From the NCBI GenBank assembly GCA_964234715.1, contig OZ174283.1: a DNA stretch of 64,000 nt, one strand, 5' to 3'. Under the pieces are notes generated by a model. It had not been told where the DNA came from. It saw nothing but the letters and a program-made list of their open reading frames with translations, and made no database searches. Of this stretch, positions 9,845 through 22,670 are shown piece after piece; the stretch's first letter is position 1, and each line of letters begins with the position of its first letter. This DNA comes from Podarcis melisellensis (Eukaryota). The position numbers and the translations under genes are program-made.

Positions 9845-12384
9845 GCATAGCCCAACTGTTCTATTTTAAACTTGTTCTCCCTTGTACTGAATGAGTAAAA
9901 TGACTCATGTTGTTCTCAAATACAATTTTACTGAATGTTTTCTTCTGTGGATAAAGCTGCATGGCCTAGCCTACAATGCTGACAATCAAAGCAACAGCTC
10001 TAAAGTAGGCAGGAGCTATCTATATCAGTAATAGGAGAACAGTAAATTTTATAGTGTTTCATTTCCCCTTCATGTTAAACTAAGGCCATAGCACTAACCT
10101 CTAGGAGCTGTGTCATTTTGCAGCGATGATGTAGCAGTTTCAAGAAATTACAGCAGTAATGCTCAAAATGGAGGTGGGGTTAATGTTCTCCATGACAGTA
10201 TTTTTTCAAAGCCTATTTTCTGGAACTAGTGTCTTAAGGTGTAGGGGAGAGGGGATTTTCAACTCTTACAACTCATCAATATTTGGACACACATCTAGAA
10301 GCAAAAAACAATAACCAACCCCCCACAGTTAGCTAGGGACACATCGTTTACTGCCCATTTCTGGGTACTACAGCATGAAATGAAAGTTTTCAGTGTCTTT
10401 TCAGTTTACTGCAGAGTGCAATCATTGTTTAAGGCCTCAAGTTTTGATGCTTTATTACTGTGGATATAAACTTTCTCTCCTCTCCACTAAAGTTTACAGC
10501 AGCTCTTCTGCTGCTGCAAGACAAGAAATACTGTTATCGGCCACTCCCTGAAATGTACCAGCTATTTCTCCTGGAGCCAAACTATACATTGCAGCACAAT
10601 GTGCATGAGGGTAGTTGGACACCTCTCTCTTCCATCCCAGAAAAAGCTTCTTCATGAGTTGGGTGATTACAGCAGAGAAGCAACGGGGAGGGGCGCTTAA
10701 TAAACCCCCACACCAGAAATTCATGTTTACCCCATCATCTCTTATGAAGAAACTTTTCTTACCTCATCTACAAAAAAGCCATCAGGTTATGGTTACATGA
10801 ATTTGCATTTAATCTGGCCCTAAGTGCTCATCCAGATGCTCTCATTGAGCAGCCAAGTGTCGTCTTTCTTTCCAAACAGTCCGGTATGTCAATGGCTGCC
10901 TGGAACTGTGCCATCTCTCCATTTGTCTGGTAGCACCCAGCAGACGTGCAGGATGATGACACTGTGGCCAATCTTTGCTTTAAACCTGGGGCCCCTCTAG
11001 GCTAGTGTTTTTTGCAGGTGTAATCTGCAACGTGTCGTTGACACAATAATGATGCATTAGTGGTGGGTTTACACTGGACAACCCGTCATTCAATTTCATT
11101 AGTTCTGTGATGTTCCCCAGAGTTTTATTATTACTGACATCTGGAGGAGGACTGCTTTGCTATAGAACAACAGAAGTGAGGCCAAAAAATTCCCAGAGTG
11201 CTTACGGTATGGAAATTTTAACAGGAAGTTGCAGGGTCCACACTGACTGGAAAGGAAGCAATGTTTGCGAAGCAGGAGCAAACAGTAATGAAAGTGTGAT
11301 CATATATATCAACCCCAATACCATCATGAGCACAATGAATCATAAATCTACAATAAAAAATACACACAGAGAGGCCCTTAATCCAGCTAGCAGCATTTGA
11401 GCTGCCACTGTTTTCTTGCTGCTGCTGAAGCACCAACTAAAACCTCAAAATGTCCATGAAATGGTAGGAAAAACAGCATCATTCCATTTCCTTTCCAGAA
11501 ATAGCATACAGAAAAGAGGATAGAAAACCCTATATAGGGCCAGTCGTTTCTGTTTCCATATACTGTCCTTGAAAAAAAAGCAGGAATGAATGTTATTTTC
11601 TTCTTAGGAGCATGTTGAAGTTTGAGTTTATGCATACAAAGCATTGGTACAAGCCTGTAGCTCAGGTGAGAGGCGGAGAGAGAAGAGAAATGAAAAATCA
11701 CCAATGGCTACTTCATCTCATAGTGCGAATTCCACCCACCCACTCAGAGAGCACCATGAACCACTGCCACGGCACACTATTTGTTTTGAATTTAAGGAGA
11801 AGGAGTAATGATGTGTTGAATTAATTACTCCATTAATCAGTCAACATAAATGGATTTTGGAGCAGGATCATCTGGGTGAGAAATTAATTGGGGCAATGGA
11901 TGAATTAATGAAAGTGCTGATTTGGGTGGTGTGAGGTAGGGTGGAAATTAACTGAATTATTTATTTGGGATTGTTTTAATGTAGAAATAAATGGCTTCCT
12001 TGAGGAAATTTGAATTCTAATAATTTTGTATTTTCATGCATAAATTAGAATATGCAGATTTGTGTCTTCTTCTTCCATAGTGCCTATCCTACCATTTGGC
12101 CACACTAGTGAACTCACTAGAAGATTTCTACTCATGCTAGACAGAGCCGACACAGTTTATTGCAGGTGGTGGTTGCAGTTTGCACAGCTGACTTGCCACA
12201 CTCACTTTAAGAGTGCCCTACGGAAAAGATACCTGCATTTTCCCAGGCCCTTCCTGTGCTCACAACACACTGGGAGCCTGAGAAGCCACAGCTCAGGGTC
12301 ATCTGCATAGAAGCTCTCCTGGAATACAGAGTGTGCAGAAGACATAACATAAGGGACCTACTCTTCTGTCTTGCATGACAATGG

Positions 12385-12545
12385 GAGAGAGCCATAGCTC
12401 AGTTGTGGAGCATCTGCTGTGGATGTAGAAAGCCACAGATTCATCCTCAGCATCCCCAGGTAGGGCGAGGAATACATGGGAACTATTGCCATCAAAGTTG
12501 GGCAATACTGAGCTCAATGGACCAATAGACTGACTTGGTATGTTC
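12385..12545 (+). mobile_element. Degenerate Squam2-like tRNA SINE
   Basis: Head gccatagctcagttgtggagcatctgc and body caatactgagctcaatggaccaa. A related 3' piece lies at about 28105-28190. Confidence 0.6.
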
Positions 12546-12585
12546 CAAATTAGGAGGCCTTGGCAGGAATGGTTTATGATGTTAC

Positions 12586-13316
12586 CAGGGCTTTTTTTCA
12601 TGGAGAATTCACAGGAACTCGGTTCCTGCACCTCTCAGGTGGGTGCCATTGCTATTCTAAGAGAACAAGGGAGAAGTTCATGGTGACTTCCGGCCATAGC
12701 TGTCAACTTACAGATTTGAAAATAAGGGACCAGCAGCCAAAATAAGGGACCTGCAGCCTCACCTGTTCCAGGCAGTCCAGTCTTCCTGTCCTCCTGCAGT
12801 CTGGTCAAACTCATGCTGGTAGCTTCGAGAACACTGTCCAACCAACTTTGTAACCAGAGGTTCAGCTGAATAGAATCTGAATCACATGCACCACAAGGCC
12901 TATGCAGCCTCAACTTAAAATGGCTCCCCAGCCTGGCTTTGCACTGCAATGTTTGCAGCAGCACGTGCAACAAAATGGTGTCCAGCATTCAAAAACCCCC
13001 TCAGCTTGCATTAACTAGCCACACACAATGCATGCAAGCTCCACCCCCCAGTCGTTCTTAGACTTCTTATTGGGTGAGCAACACAGCCAAGCAACACAGT
13101 TGGAGCCTCCCTCCTCCCTGGCTGGCAGGGAGGGAGGGAGGGAGAGGAGCTGCTTCTTTTGAAATTTAAGGGACATCATTTAAGGGACATTTAAGGGACA
13201 TCCATCAATAAGGGACAGCAGCGGGACATGGCGCTGGAATAAGGGACTGTCCCTTCAAATAAGGGGCACTTGACAGCTATGCTTCCAGCACCTCTTTTTC
13301 TAGAAAAATAGCACTG
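12586..13316. mobile_element. hAT MITE interrupted by a nested hAT element
   Basis: Ends cagggctttttttc and gaaaaatagcactg. 8-bp TSD gatgttac/gatgctac. Uninterrupted copies at 16233-16368 and 47394-47519. Confidence 0.85.
12695..13281. mobile_element. Nested non-autonomous hAT element
   Basis: TIRs catagctgtcaa and ttgacagctatg. 8-bp TSD cttccggc/cttccagc. Repeated subterminal aagggac motifs. Confidence 0.88.
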
Positions 13317-14052
13317 GATGCTACCATTCCCAAAACAAATGTGCTGTGCATGTTCCCCTTCAGTCCTGGTACGTGCACTCAGTTCAGCTCATCTTGTCAC
13401 TTGTGAAGACTGCCCTTCATTCAGAGACACTCTATTCTACCCATGAAAGGAGCTCTTAGCAAACAATTATGTGGTATCCGCTGCACTGTAAGAGGCAGGT
13501 CTATCAATGCTACAGCTGTGCTAAGCTCCAAGAATTAAAAATGAATAAACTTGAAGAGATAAAAGGCAAGGTTCCTTCATATCAGTATGGCACACCCCAA
13601 AAGACTAGTTTCACATGCCCCACAAGCCTTGGTTGGCGAAGACATGGAAGAAAGAAAGAATGAAATGAGAAATCTGTGATTTGATATCAGTACTATATTA
13701 ATTGCTAAAAAGCTATTTTCTTTCCACTCCATCTAGTAACTGCACATGCCACTGTTCAAAGCTCACAAATATCTACATAGCTACTTTCTAATTAAAAAGA
13801 TAATACCGCTCCTGAGAACACAACCGTCAAACAAATAAATCTGGAAAAACAGTGTATCCATGCCATTATATTAAGGCGAAGCCATAAATCATTTTAACTG
13901 TGTCTCTGCAGTAACAATACAATGTTAACGGGCAATGACAGTCCCAATTTTAAAAGAATTCCTTATCACATATGGGAGGAATAAGCGGGGGAGGGGGAGA
14001 GAACAAACAAATTCATCAGTACTGATCACTTTAAAAAGTTACTACCTGAAGT

Positions 14053-14348
14053 AGAAGAAGAAGAAGAAGAAGAAGAAGAAGAAGAAGAAGAAGAAGAAGA
14101 AGAAGAAGAGTTTGGATTTGATATTCCGCCTTTCACTCCCTTTAAGGAGTCTCAAAGCGGCTAACATTCTCCTTTCCCTTCCTCCCCCACAACAAACACT
14201 CTGGGAGGTGAGTGGGGCTGAGAGACTTCAAAGAAGTGTGACTGGCCCAAGGTCACCCAGCAGCTGCATGTGGAGGAGCGGAGACGCGAACCCGGCTCCC
14301 AAAATTACAAGACTACCGCTCTTAACTACTACACCACACTGGCTCTCC
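14053..14348 (-). mobile_element. Squam3-like SINE with expanded (CTT)n tail
   Basis: Reverse complement of the 9501 family. The tail appears as (AGA)n at 14053-14109. Confidence 0.85.
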
Positions 14349-14502
14349 AAATGAACCCTTACCTCTGCAGCCAGTAATGTATTATCCTTTATTTATAAGC
14401 CAGGATAACCTTATCAATTGCTTCTACAGGCATAGGTTTCTTCCATAACCACTAAGAAGCCATTTTGGCATGCAAGTGATATAGAAAATAATATTAATGA
14501 TA

Positions 14503-14717
14503 CAGTGGTACCTCGGGTTACAGATGCATCAGGTTACAGACTCCGCTAACCCAGAAATAGTACCTTCGGTTAAGAACTTTGCTTCAGGATGAGAACAGAA
14601 ATTGCACGGCAGCAGCAGGAGGCCCCATTAGCTAAAGTGGTACTTCAGATTAAGAAGAGTTTCAGGTTAAGAATGGACCTCCAGAACGAATTGAGTTCTT
14701 AACCCGAGGTACCACTG
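14503..14717. mobile_element. Tc1/mariner (Tigger-like) MITE
   Basis: TIR cagtggtacctcgggtta at both ends, flanked by TA. Confidence 0.9.
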
Positions 14718-14894
14718 TAATAGAAAAAGACTTGATTAAAAAAAAACCTTGTATTTGCAGTTTTAAAATTGTATCTGAAACTCAAAAAGAAAGTATTCTT
14801 TTGCCTTATTTCAGCATACCACAGTGGGCATGTATTATTTTTTATTGTATTTACATACCTCCTTTTATTCCAAGGAGGTCAAGCTGGTTCACGT

Positions 14895-15050
14895 GGTACC
14901 CTTCCCCATTTTATCCTCACAACAACCTTGAGAAGTAGGTTAGGCTGAGAAATGGCAACTGGCCCAAGGTCACTCAGTGAGCTTCATGGCTGAGGAGGGA
15001 TTCAGACCCTGGCCTCCCAGGTCCTCGCCCAACACTCTAACTACTACCCC
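14895..15050 (-). mobile_element. MIR/CORE-like SINE fragment
   Basis: cccattttatcctcacaacaacc...ggcccaaggtcac. Relatives at about 17910-18090 (+) and 46620-46740 (-). Confidence 0.6.
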
Positions 15051-15065
15051 TTCATTCATTCAGAA

Positions 15066-15314
15066 GAGAGCCAGTGTGGTGTAGTGGTTAAAAGCGGTAG
15101 ACTCATAATCTGGTGAACCGGGTTTGCGTCTCCGCTCCTCCACATGCAGCTGCTGGGTGACCTTGGGCCAGTCACACTTCTCTGAAGTCTCTCAGCCCCA
15201 CTCACCTCACAGAGTGTTTGTTGTGGGGAAGGAGGGGAAAGTAGAATGTTAGTCGCTTTGAGACTCCTTTGGGCAGTGATAAACTGGGATATCAAATCCA
15301 AATTCCTCTTCTTC
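15066..15314 (+). mobile_element. Squam3-like SINE
   Basis: Same family as 9501-9751. Confidence 0.85.
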
Positions 15315-16043
15315 ATTATCCTCATGAACGGGCATCCCTTGATTAAAAGGAGCTATGAGCTCATCCCTGGCACACAGCTCCCCCAGCCCAGCCCTCCATG
15401 TGTCAGTGTGGACACTTAGACACAAAAGCCTTCACAACAATGTACAGGGAGTGGAGGTGGGGCTCAGGGAACTGTTTGTCAACAGTTGTAGACACCAGCC
15501 CTTTTCATCACACAGCGCCCCTTCTGGGAAGCAAGGCTGGAAGGGAGCTGCTGTTTGGCTTGTTTCTTTGCTCTGACATGTACTGAATTGGATGTCCTAA
15601 AAAGGAAATATTATTTATTTTAAAACATTCTTATCCTGCCTTCCCACATCAGTGACCAAAGTAACTTACTTTTGGGGGGGGGGCAATAAAATAAAATCTG
15701 TAACCTGCAACAGCACAAAAATCAAAAACAAGAAAGAAACCAGCAGTAGCAAAGTCATAAAACAAGCAGATTGGAAGAAATGTGCAAGAGAACAGGATTT
15801 CCCCCCTAACTTAGTGCCCAAATGATGTCTGATTGTTCCAACTAGGTCTCTGTTCAAAGCACATTGTAAGGGCAGAACGCCATCACTGAAAAGACCCTGT
15901 CTCCTGTTGCCATCCACTTGACCTCTGAAAGAAAGCTCAAAGCAGGAAGTGGTAGTCAAAGCTAATCCTACTTGGAGTAGACCAACTGAAGTTAATAGGA
16001 CTAACATGAATTTCAATGGTTCTCCTCTAAATAGGTCTTTGAT

Positions 16044-16177
16044 CAGGCATAGGCAAACTTGGCCTTCCAGATGTTTTGGGACTACAACTCCCATCACCCC
16101 TAGCTAACAGAACCAGTGGTCAGGGATGATGGGATTGTAGTCTCAAAACATCTGTAGGGCCGAGCTTGCTATGCCTG
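16044..16177. mobile_element. Palindromic hAT (Charlie-like) MITE
   Basis: Ends caggcataggcaaac and gcttgctatgcctg. 8-bp TSD tctttgat/tcttagat. Confidence 0.85.
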
Positions 16178-16232
16178 TCTTAGATGAATGCACCTCTGAC
16201 GGTGATGTCAGTGAACAAACTCATGGGAAAAG

Positions 16233-16368
16233 GGGGTTCTTTTTCAGCCGGATCTCACCAGAACTCAGTTCCAGCACCTCTCAGGTGGGCACCATTGCAA
16301 CTCTAAGAGAATTAAGGAAGAGTTTGTGGTGAGTTCCAGCACCCTTTTTTCTAGAAAAAATAGCACTG
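16233..16368. mobile_element. hAT MITE, same family as the outer element at 12586-13316
   Basis: Direct similarity: cacctctcaggtggg..ccattgc..tctagaaaaatagcactg. Confidence 0.8.
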
Positions 16369-19012
16369 GGAAAGGCTATAGGAAAAGGCAGTCCTTAAGG
16401 TAAGCTGATTCCAAGCCAAACTGGTTCCAGCCCTGTTTAGGGAAGTTTTTTTAAAAAATTGCTGATGTTTTAATGTATTTTTAATCTCCTGTTGGAAGCC
16501 GCCCAGAGTGACTGGGGAAATCCAGCCAGATGGGTGGGGTATAAGTAATATATTATTATTATCATCATCATCATCATCATCATTATTATCATTATTTATT
16601 AGCAGACAAGATGTGCTTTGACTTCCCTCTGAGCTGCTCGGTTCTTGCATCTTCCCCACACATAAAAATGAAATGGTAGCACTATGGAAATGTAGCTGGC
16701 TTAGTGGATCTGCTCTACTTTAAAAAGATTACTCATCTCCTACACTACTCCACATTTTACGGATTTTCATTAACTAGAAGTAATGAAGAAATGCCAGGAG
16801 TACTAGAAGATTCACTGTGATAGATTTTATAATATGGCATAAGTAATATTGACTGTACTTGGTAACAGCTAGGTTTCTGCACACCATAGTAGCACTTCAT
16901 TCCCTAATGGACAAGCCCTTATTTCCCTGACATGGACAAGGTCAATGTCAAGAGCTAAATTATTTTTGCAAACATCCTCTTCAGTTCCCTCTTGTAAACC
17001 TCTGTTTTCAGATGGAATCAATAAAGGCCATGCCTCAAACATACCACTTTATTCCTAGACCAAATTATGTTAGAAAGCCTAAGGGCTAAAGAAACGTCAA
17101 TGATACTTTACTATTTCTGAAATGTAATTATCCATAGGATATGTTCTAGAAATAAATATCTCAAGGTCAAAGTGACATAGCAAAATGTTGTAAAGGTCAG
17201 TTGTATGCACAAACATATTCTTACCCTTTGCTTACTGTGATGCATTGCGGTAACAATAGTAAACATTTTAATTCTCTTTTTTAAAAAAAGTTTAACCAGG
17301 CACTGTTGCTTGAATGCTGCAGCCTTTGACAAGGTCCTTTGAAATTATTTCCAAAAATGTAAGTGCTAGAAACATTTATTTAAACAGCAGTTCCAAAAAA
17401 ACCAAAGGTGCATGTTGCACGTAGTTCCACAAATCTGTTCTGAGATCTAGGTTTCTTTTAATTTATACAATGCAGCACCCAGGACTGCAATTTGTAGAGG
17501 GAAATGGGGGTGGAGAAGTGATGAGGCAGCTGTACTTGAATCTTTTTCCCATGTGCAGATGAAAGTAATGGAGGCGATTTTCAGAAGAAAATCAAAGCAA
17601 GACAGTTAAGCAGCTTTCTCTGTCCACAACAGTCTTTCACCTCACATTGCAGCATCTATCTGCAGCTATACCGTATAAGCAAGGCAGTTAAAATAATCAA
17701 GCGATACCTAGAGGATGAGAAGGAAAGTGCAGTCGATGTGAACTTTGGGGGGAGGGGAGAGATAAAGAGAACATGCAAACACACACAAGCTTTGCCTCTG
17801 TTTTGTTTTGAATCCAACGCAGATTTTACTCTGCAGTATCTGGAAGAGTGTGAAAAACAATGAAGGAAGAGATAATATGGGTTTCAACCAGATCTTGATC
17901 AATTTTGACTCGGACCTGGGAGACCAGTGTTCGAACCCCCGCTCAGCCATGAAGCTCACCGGGTGACCTTGGGCCTGTCACTTTCTTTCAGCCTAACCTA
18001 CATCATAGGATAAAGGGGAGAAGTGTGCATGTCACTTTGAGTTGCTTGAAGAAAAGGGGGGCGGGATATTGAAGTAATAACAAATAAAAAATGTTGCCAG
18101 TCTTTCCATGCTTCCACAAACTAAAGCCAGCAATTTATTTGGACTTGTTTTTGTTTCAATGGTTTATTATATCATGCTTTGATGATGAAAACCTCATATG
18201 AGAGAATTTAGGGAAGCAATAGCAATGGAGCTTGGAATGTCTCTATATTTATACAAGTGTGAATCCCATGACAAAATATCATGTAGGAGTGGAAGGGCAG
18301 GAGTATCCCACCACCCCCTTCTTTTACCATCTCTAGCTTGCCCTGCTGTTTTCCCCTGAGAAAGCCTGCTGTTTATCTCTGAATCAGAGCAAATGTCAAT
18401 CGGGTTTTCTCTAGAATGATGTTTGCTCCAATTTAGCACTAAAGAAGAGTTTTGCAGCGAAAAGTGGCAGGGCAAATAGGCAAAACTGCTCAGACTTGTG
18501 CTTTCTAGTTACAGTCAGAACAAACTCTCACACACATGCTTCCCAGCTCCATGGAGCTGGCTCCAGGACCAGGTGCTGTCTCAGCCATTCCTCTACTTAA
18601 GTAGAGAGGCAGTGGCGGCTGCAGCTGTCCAGTTCTTTGTGAACAGATGTTTCTTGTCTCCTTCAACCTCAAGGATGCTGTAGGAGTCTTGTCATGGTCC
18701 CATGGTGTTCAAACACCTAAAATAACCATGGTCAAATGAGTACAGAAGTATTTCTTCCATTCACCGTTAGCTCCCAAAGTCATCTTAAGTAGGATGAATT
18801 CATTGGGGAAAATATCCACTTCTCTTTAGGTAGGCCAACTCTTTCCACTCAACCTACCACACCACAAGTTTCTTTAAGCTGCAAGTAGCACTAAACCCAC
18901 ACAGTTTGAAGGATCCTACTGAGTTGTTGAAGTGGCCTCCTTCCATATCTTCATGCTGACCTTCCTATTCCCATTATGTGCTTAATATGCTCCACTTCAC
19001 AGTGGGGAGGAG

Positions 19013-19750
19013 TTGTGGTGGACCACGTGGCCACCCACTCCCCTCCAGGGGCGGGGGACAGAGTCCCGCATCACCCGGAAGCTCCTGGCCACATCATCAA
19101 CCAGCCAGCCAATCCGTTGGCAGGGGAGGCATGGCCAGGCCCCATTTAAACTGAGGCACGAGCCGGAAAACTTCCTCGCAGCTTGCTTCCTCGGTCTCCC
19201 GCCTGCCCTCCCTAATTTGCAGGTTTAGATATGGCCTTACTATGAACCGCAGTTGGTTGCCATTGAGGGGCCTGGTAAGAATTTTTCCACTTGGCTGATT
19301 GGCATAGGCCATTTGGTTTTCACCTACCTCAAAGCAATCATCACAACTTTGTAAGGTTTGGCAGTTAGGCATTGGTTGATCTTATGATGGGGGAGGGGAG
19401 GTGTGGCCATTACCTGCCCCTCCAAGCTTAAGGGTATTCCATTAAAGGAATCTGGGGGTGTGGATCTTGTCCGAAGTCCGGGGCTGGGCTAGGCTATGCC
19501 ACAACCCCGTCAGGAACCCTGGGGGAGCTCGAGTTGGTTTGCATCAATGGGGCTCCCCCTACCGCTGGTTGACCTGTCCCTACATGACAGGTAGGAGTCG
19601 GATACAGTCGGGTCATTTCCAATGCTTAAGCCAATACTGCTCACATTCTGTATCCAATAAAGTTGTAGCTTAAATTTGCCCAATAACATTAACCTAATAT
19701 CCATGTCCTTGTGTCTCATTCATTGACGAGGTGGTGGTTTCAGGGTCTCG
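19013..19750 (+). mobile_element. Ngaro/DIRS-like (tyrosine-recombinase retroelement) terminal-repeat remnant
   Basis: GC-rich LTR-like block with CCAAT and TTTAAA, ending aatgcttaagccaa...aataaagttgtagc...tgtgtctcatt. Homologous to 29345-29690 on the opposite strand. The family name is from recall. Confidence 0.55.
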
Positions 19751-20459
19751 ACAAGCAACCAACTTGCCAGATTGCAAAAGGCAAGTTTAGAGCAAGACTC
19801 TACTAAGGGGGAAAATAGTTGTTTATATGGAAACCCATATACTGCACAAGCAGCAGGTGACATTGCATCAGGCTTCTTATCCAGAGGAGAATGACAAGAC
19901 ATACTTTGGGGATAAGCATGATTCCATGGGGATGGAATCATGGAAGAGCATAGTACATAAGGTCCTCTTGTTAATTCTATGAGATGACTGAGAGAGATGC
20001 ATGTTTTAAAAAATGCAAAAGCACACAGTGGGTTCTTCATTGCCAGACTGCTTTGCTCTCTGTGGCATGACAATTTAGAAACAGATACACAGCACAGCTG
20101 TGCACTTCATGACTGAAGATAACCATTCATTGCAGCAACTCCATGCCCAGTTCCCACTATTGCTTGTAACTAGCTCCTGTCCCCTTACACTACTTCATCT
20201 TCCTGTAAAGGAGAAGTTCTCAAACTCTGGACCACACTTTCAGAATGAAAATTTGCTCGTGCCACACCATTTTGTTTTACTCATAAGAAATACATGGGAA
20301 AACAAAAAGAAACACTTCTAGCAGTGCTTGATTAATAACATAGAACAAACTACTTTATAATATGATCATGAGACATGAGAAAGAATAAAACAATGCAGCT
20401 ACATAAGAACACGAATCATTCCTAAAATGTAATTATAGATGAGTCTTCTTCAGCACTAG

Positions 20460-20760
20460 AGAATAACTTGCACCTAAATATTAGTAAGACAAAGGAGATG
20501 GTGTTGGACTTTTGGAGGAAGAGAGGGGAACTAGCCACGTTGTGTATCAGGGGGCGTTGCGTGGAGAGAGTCTCTTCCTTTAAATTCCTGGGAGTTTACC
20601 TTCGTGAAGACCTCACTTGGAAAAACAATATAACTCAGGTGGTTAGGAAGGCCCAACAGAAACTCCATTTCCTCTGGGTCTTGTGAAAGAACAATGTTAA
20701 ACAACAATTGATGACCTCCTTCAACCAGTCCAGAAAGTGTCCTCTCATATTGTATCACAG
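20460..20760 (+). mobile_element. Rex1/Babar LINE reverse-transcriptase C-terminal fragment
   Basis: LNISKTKEMVLDF...VERVSSFKFLGVYLREDLTWKNNITQVVRKAQQKLHFL is typical of Rex1/Babar ORF2. It is followed by a stop and decay. Confidence 0.8.
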
Positions 20761-20869
20761 TTTAAGGTGCCATTTAGCTCCTAGTTTTCATATCTTAGTT
20801 TCTAACACTGAGTTAGGGACTTCCACTGCATGGCGGATTGAGCATTTGAGACCAATAGTGGGTCCAATG

Positions 20870-21300
20870 GACGAGAAGCCTGTTTCTGCATATACTGTAG
20901 AGAGAAGTGAAGGGCAGATGGGGCTCATCAACGTGGGAAGGTAGCCCATCAAGGAGAAGGAAAATTCTCACCCTAAACCTTCATTGCCTTGCAGAATTTC
21001 TTCAGGAGAAGAAAAGGCTAAGCAGTACGCCCTACAAAAATCTGGAGTGGATTCCCTAAAATGGTTGGATGGCACCTTATGCACCTCCTTCTGGCACCTC
21101 CTTCTGGTGCCAAATATATTGCTGTGCTTTCCTTTGGACCACACAAGCAAGGCCAAGGGGGAGGGTCTTGTCATCTGGGCAGCCCATGACCTCCATACAC
21201 CCTGCCCAGGCTTGTTCCCCCAAGGAGGTAACTTTGGTGCTGCTAACTGGGAGCACTTAGGAGGCACACTCCATTGTCTCTCGACACAGACGGATGCCAA
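20870..21300 (+). mobile_element. Probable RTE-type LINE 5' region fragment
   Basis: gggaaggtagcccatcaaggagaaggaaaattctcaccctaaacc resembles RTE 5' UTR sequence (recall). Confidence 0.4.
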
Positions 21301-22174
21301 AAAATACTGTACTGCACTGAAATTTTTAAATATTTCTTTGATTGTCCTTGAATCTCACCACCACACTTGCCATCCTCTCCTGCCACACTACAGCTTTAAA
21401 AGGCTCTCCGCCATTGCACAGTAGAACAACTTCCTCTACTGTAACCAGTACTAAAAAATCACCAGCTATCTGCAGCCTAACTCCCATCTTGCTTGCTCCA
21501 TTTGGCATACACAAGGTTAATACTAACTTTATTCCTTGTGTTGTGTAGCAAGAAGGTTCCCTGTTGCTCTGAACTGCAGCTCTGTAGCATGCCAATCGGC
21601 AATCAGTCTGGCTGCTGAAAGCATTCTTTTTTGGAAAGCAGGGCAGAACAAGTCAGATTTTTTTTAAAAGCACTCCCTTTTTAACATGTCACTGATTGTG
21701 AAGGGAGGTTAGCCTTCCAACAGGGAAGAGAAAGAAATAGCTCTTTAAAAATAATATCCCAATGAAGCAGAGCTGTTGAAAAATATGGTCGAAGGAACAG
21801 GTGAAATGAGAGATGCAAAGTAAATTTCAACCTCAAAATTTACTCTTTGATCATATAAATATTTTAATTCAACAGATACATAATGTGAAAAAAAGACATT
21901 AATGAAAAAAGCAACCATGACAAGGAAGAGCGTTATCTTATTTGCATATATTTTCTGAAGCTACTTACTTTGTGTGGTTTAAGAAAAATATTCATCACAG
22001 AAGCGTAAGAATTAAACATGAGTATTTTGCCCTCCTTTCAATATGCATTTGCACAGTCTTAAGAATTACATAAATTGAATGGTTTCTTGGATTATTTTAA
22101 TTAGAACTACTAACAGATCAGCTTCAGGCCATCTCAGAAGAAGATACACACATTAATCTAAGTACAGTCTAAGG

Positions 22175-22670
22175 CAGAGGCTTCCAACCTTTTGGGGTCC
22201 CCAGCTCCCTTGACCAACTACATTCTTTCCGCAGCATCCCTGTCGGGCTCAGGAGCCCAGTTGGGTCACCCCTTGCTTGCAAAGCCAGCAGCCCCTCACC
22301 TTTTTTCAAGCACCCTCCCTTTTGGAGTGTTCCCTCAGCCTCCTCTCTGTTCCCCTCTCCTTGGGAGTCCTCTGGGCAGCTGCAGCTGCTGCCCCTGCCC
22401 TTCCCCAAATACAGGTTCCTCCTCACACTGCCCCACAGGGGCCAAGGAAGCACCCCTTGGCCAGCCCCAGGGGCACCATTCGCCTGGGGAGCTTGTAGTC
22501 AGGGCTGCCACAACAAACAGCTGCGCAAGCCTTTGGGAGACAGAGATGCGAGAGGGCATCAGAGGGAGGGAGGGAAGGAAAGAGGGACAGAGGCCAGTGT
22601 TGTCCACAGCACCCCTGATCATCATTCAAAGAACACCAGGGTGCCACGGCATACTGGTTGAAAACTACTG
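22175..22670. mobile_element. Non-autonomous hAT element
   Basis: Charlie-like ends cagaggcttccaacctt and ggttgaaaactactg around a GC-rich interior. The TSD is degenerate. Confidence 0.6.
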
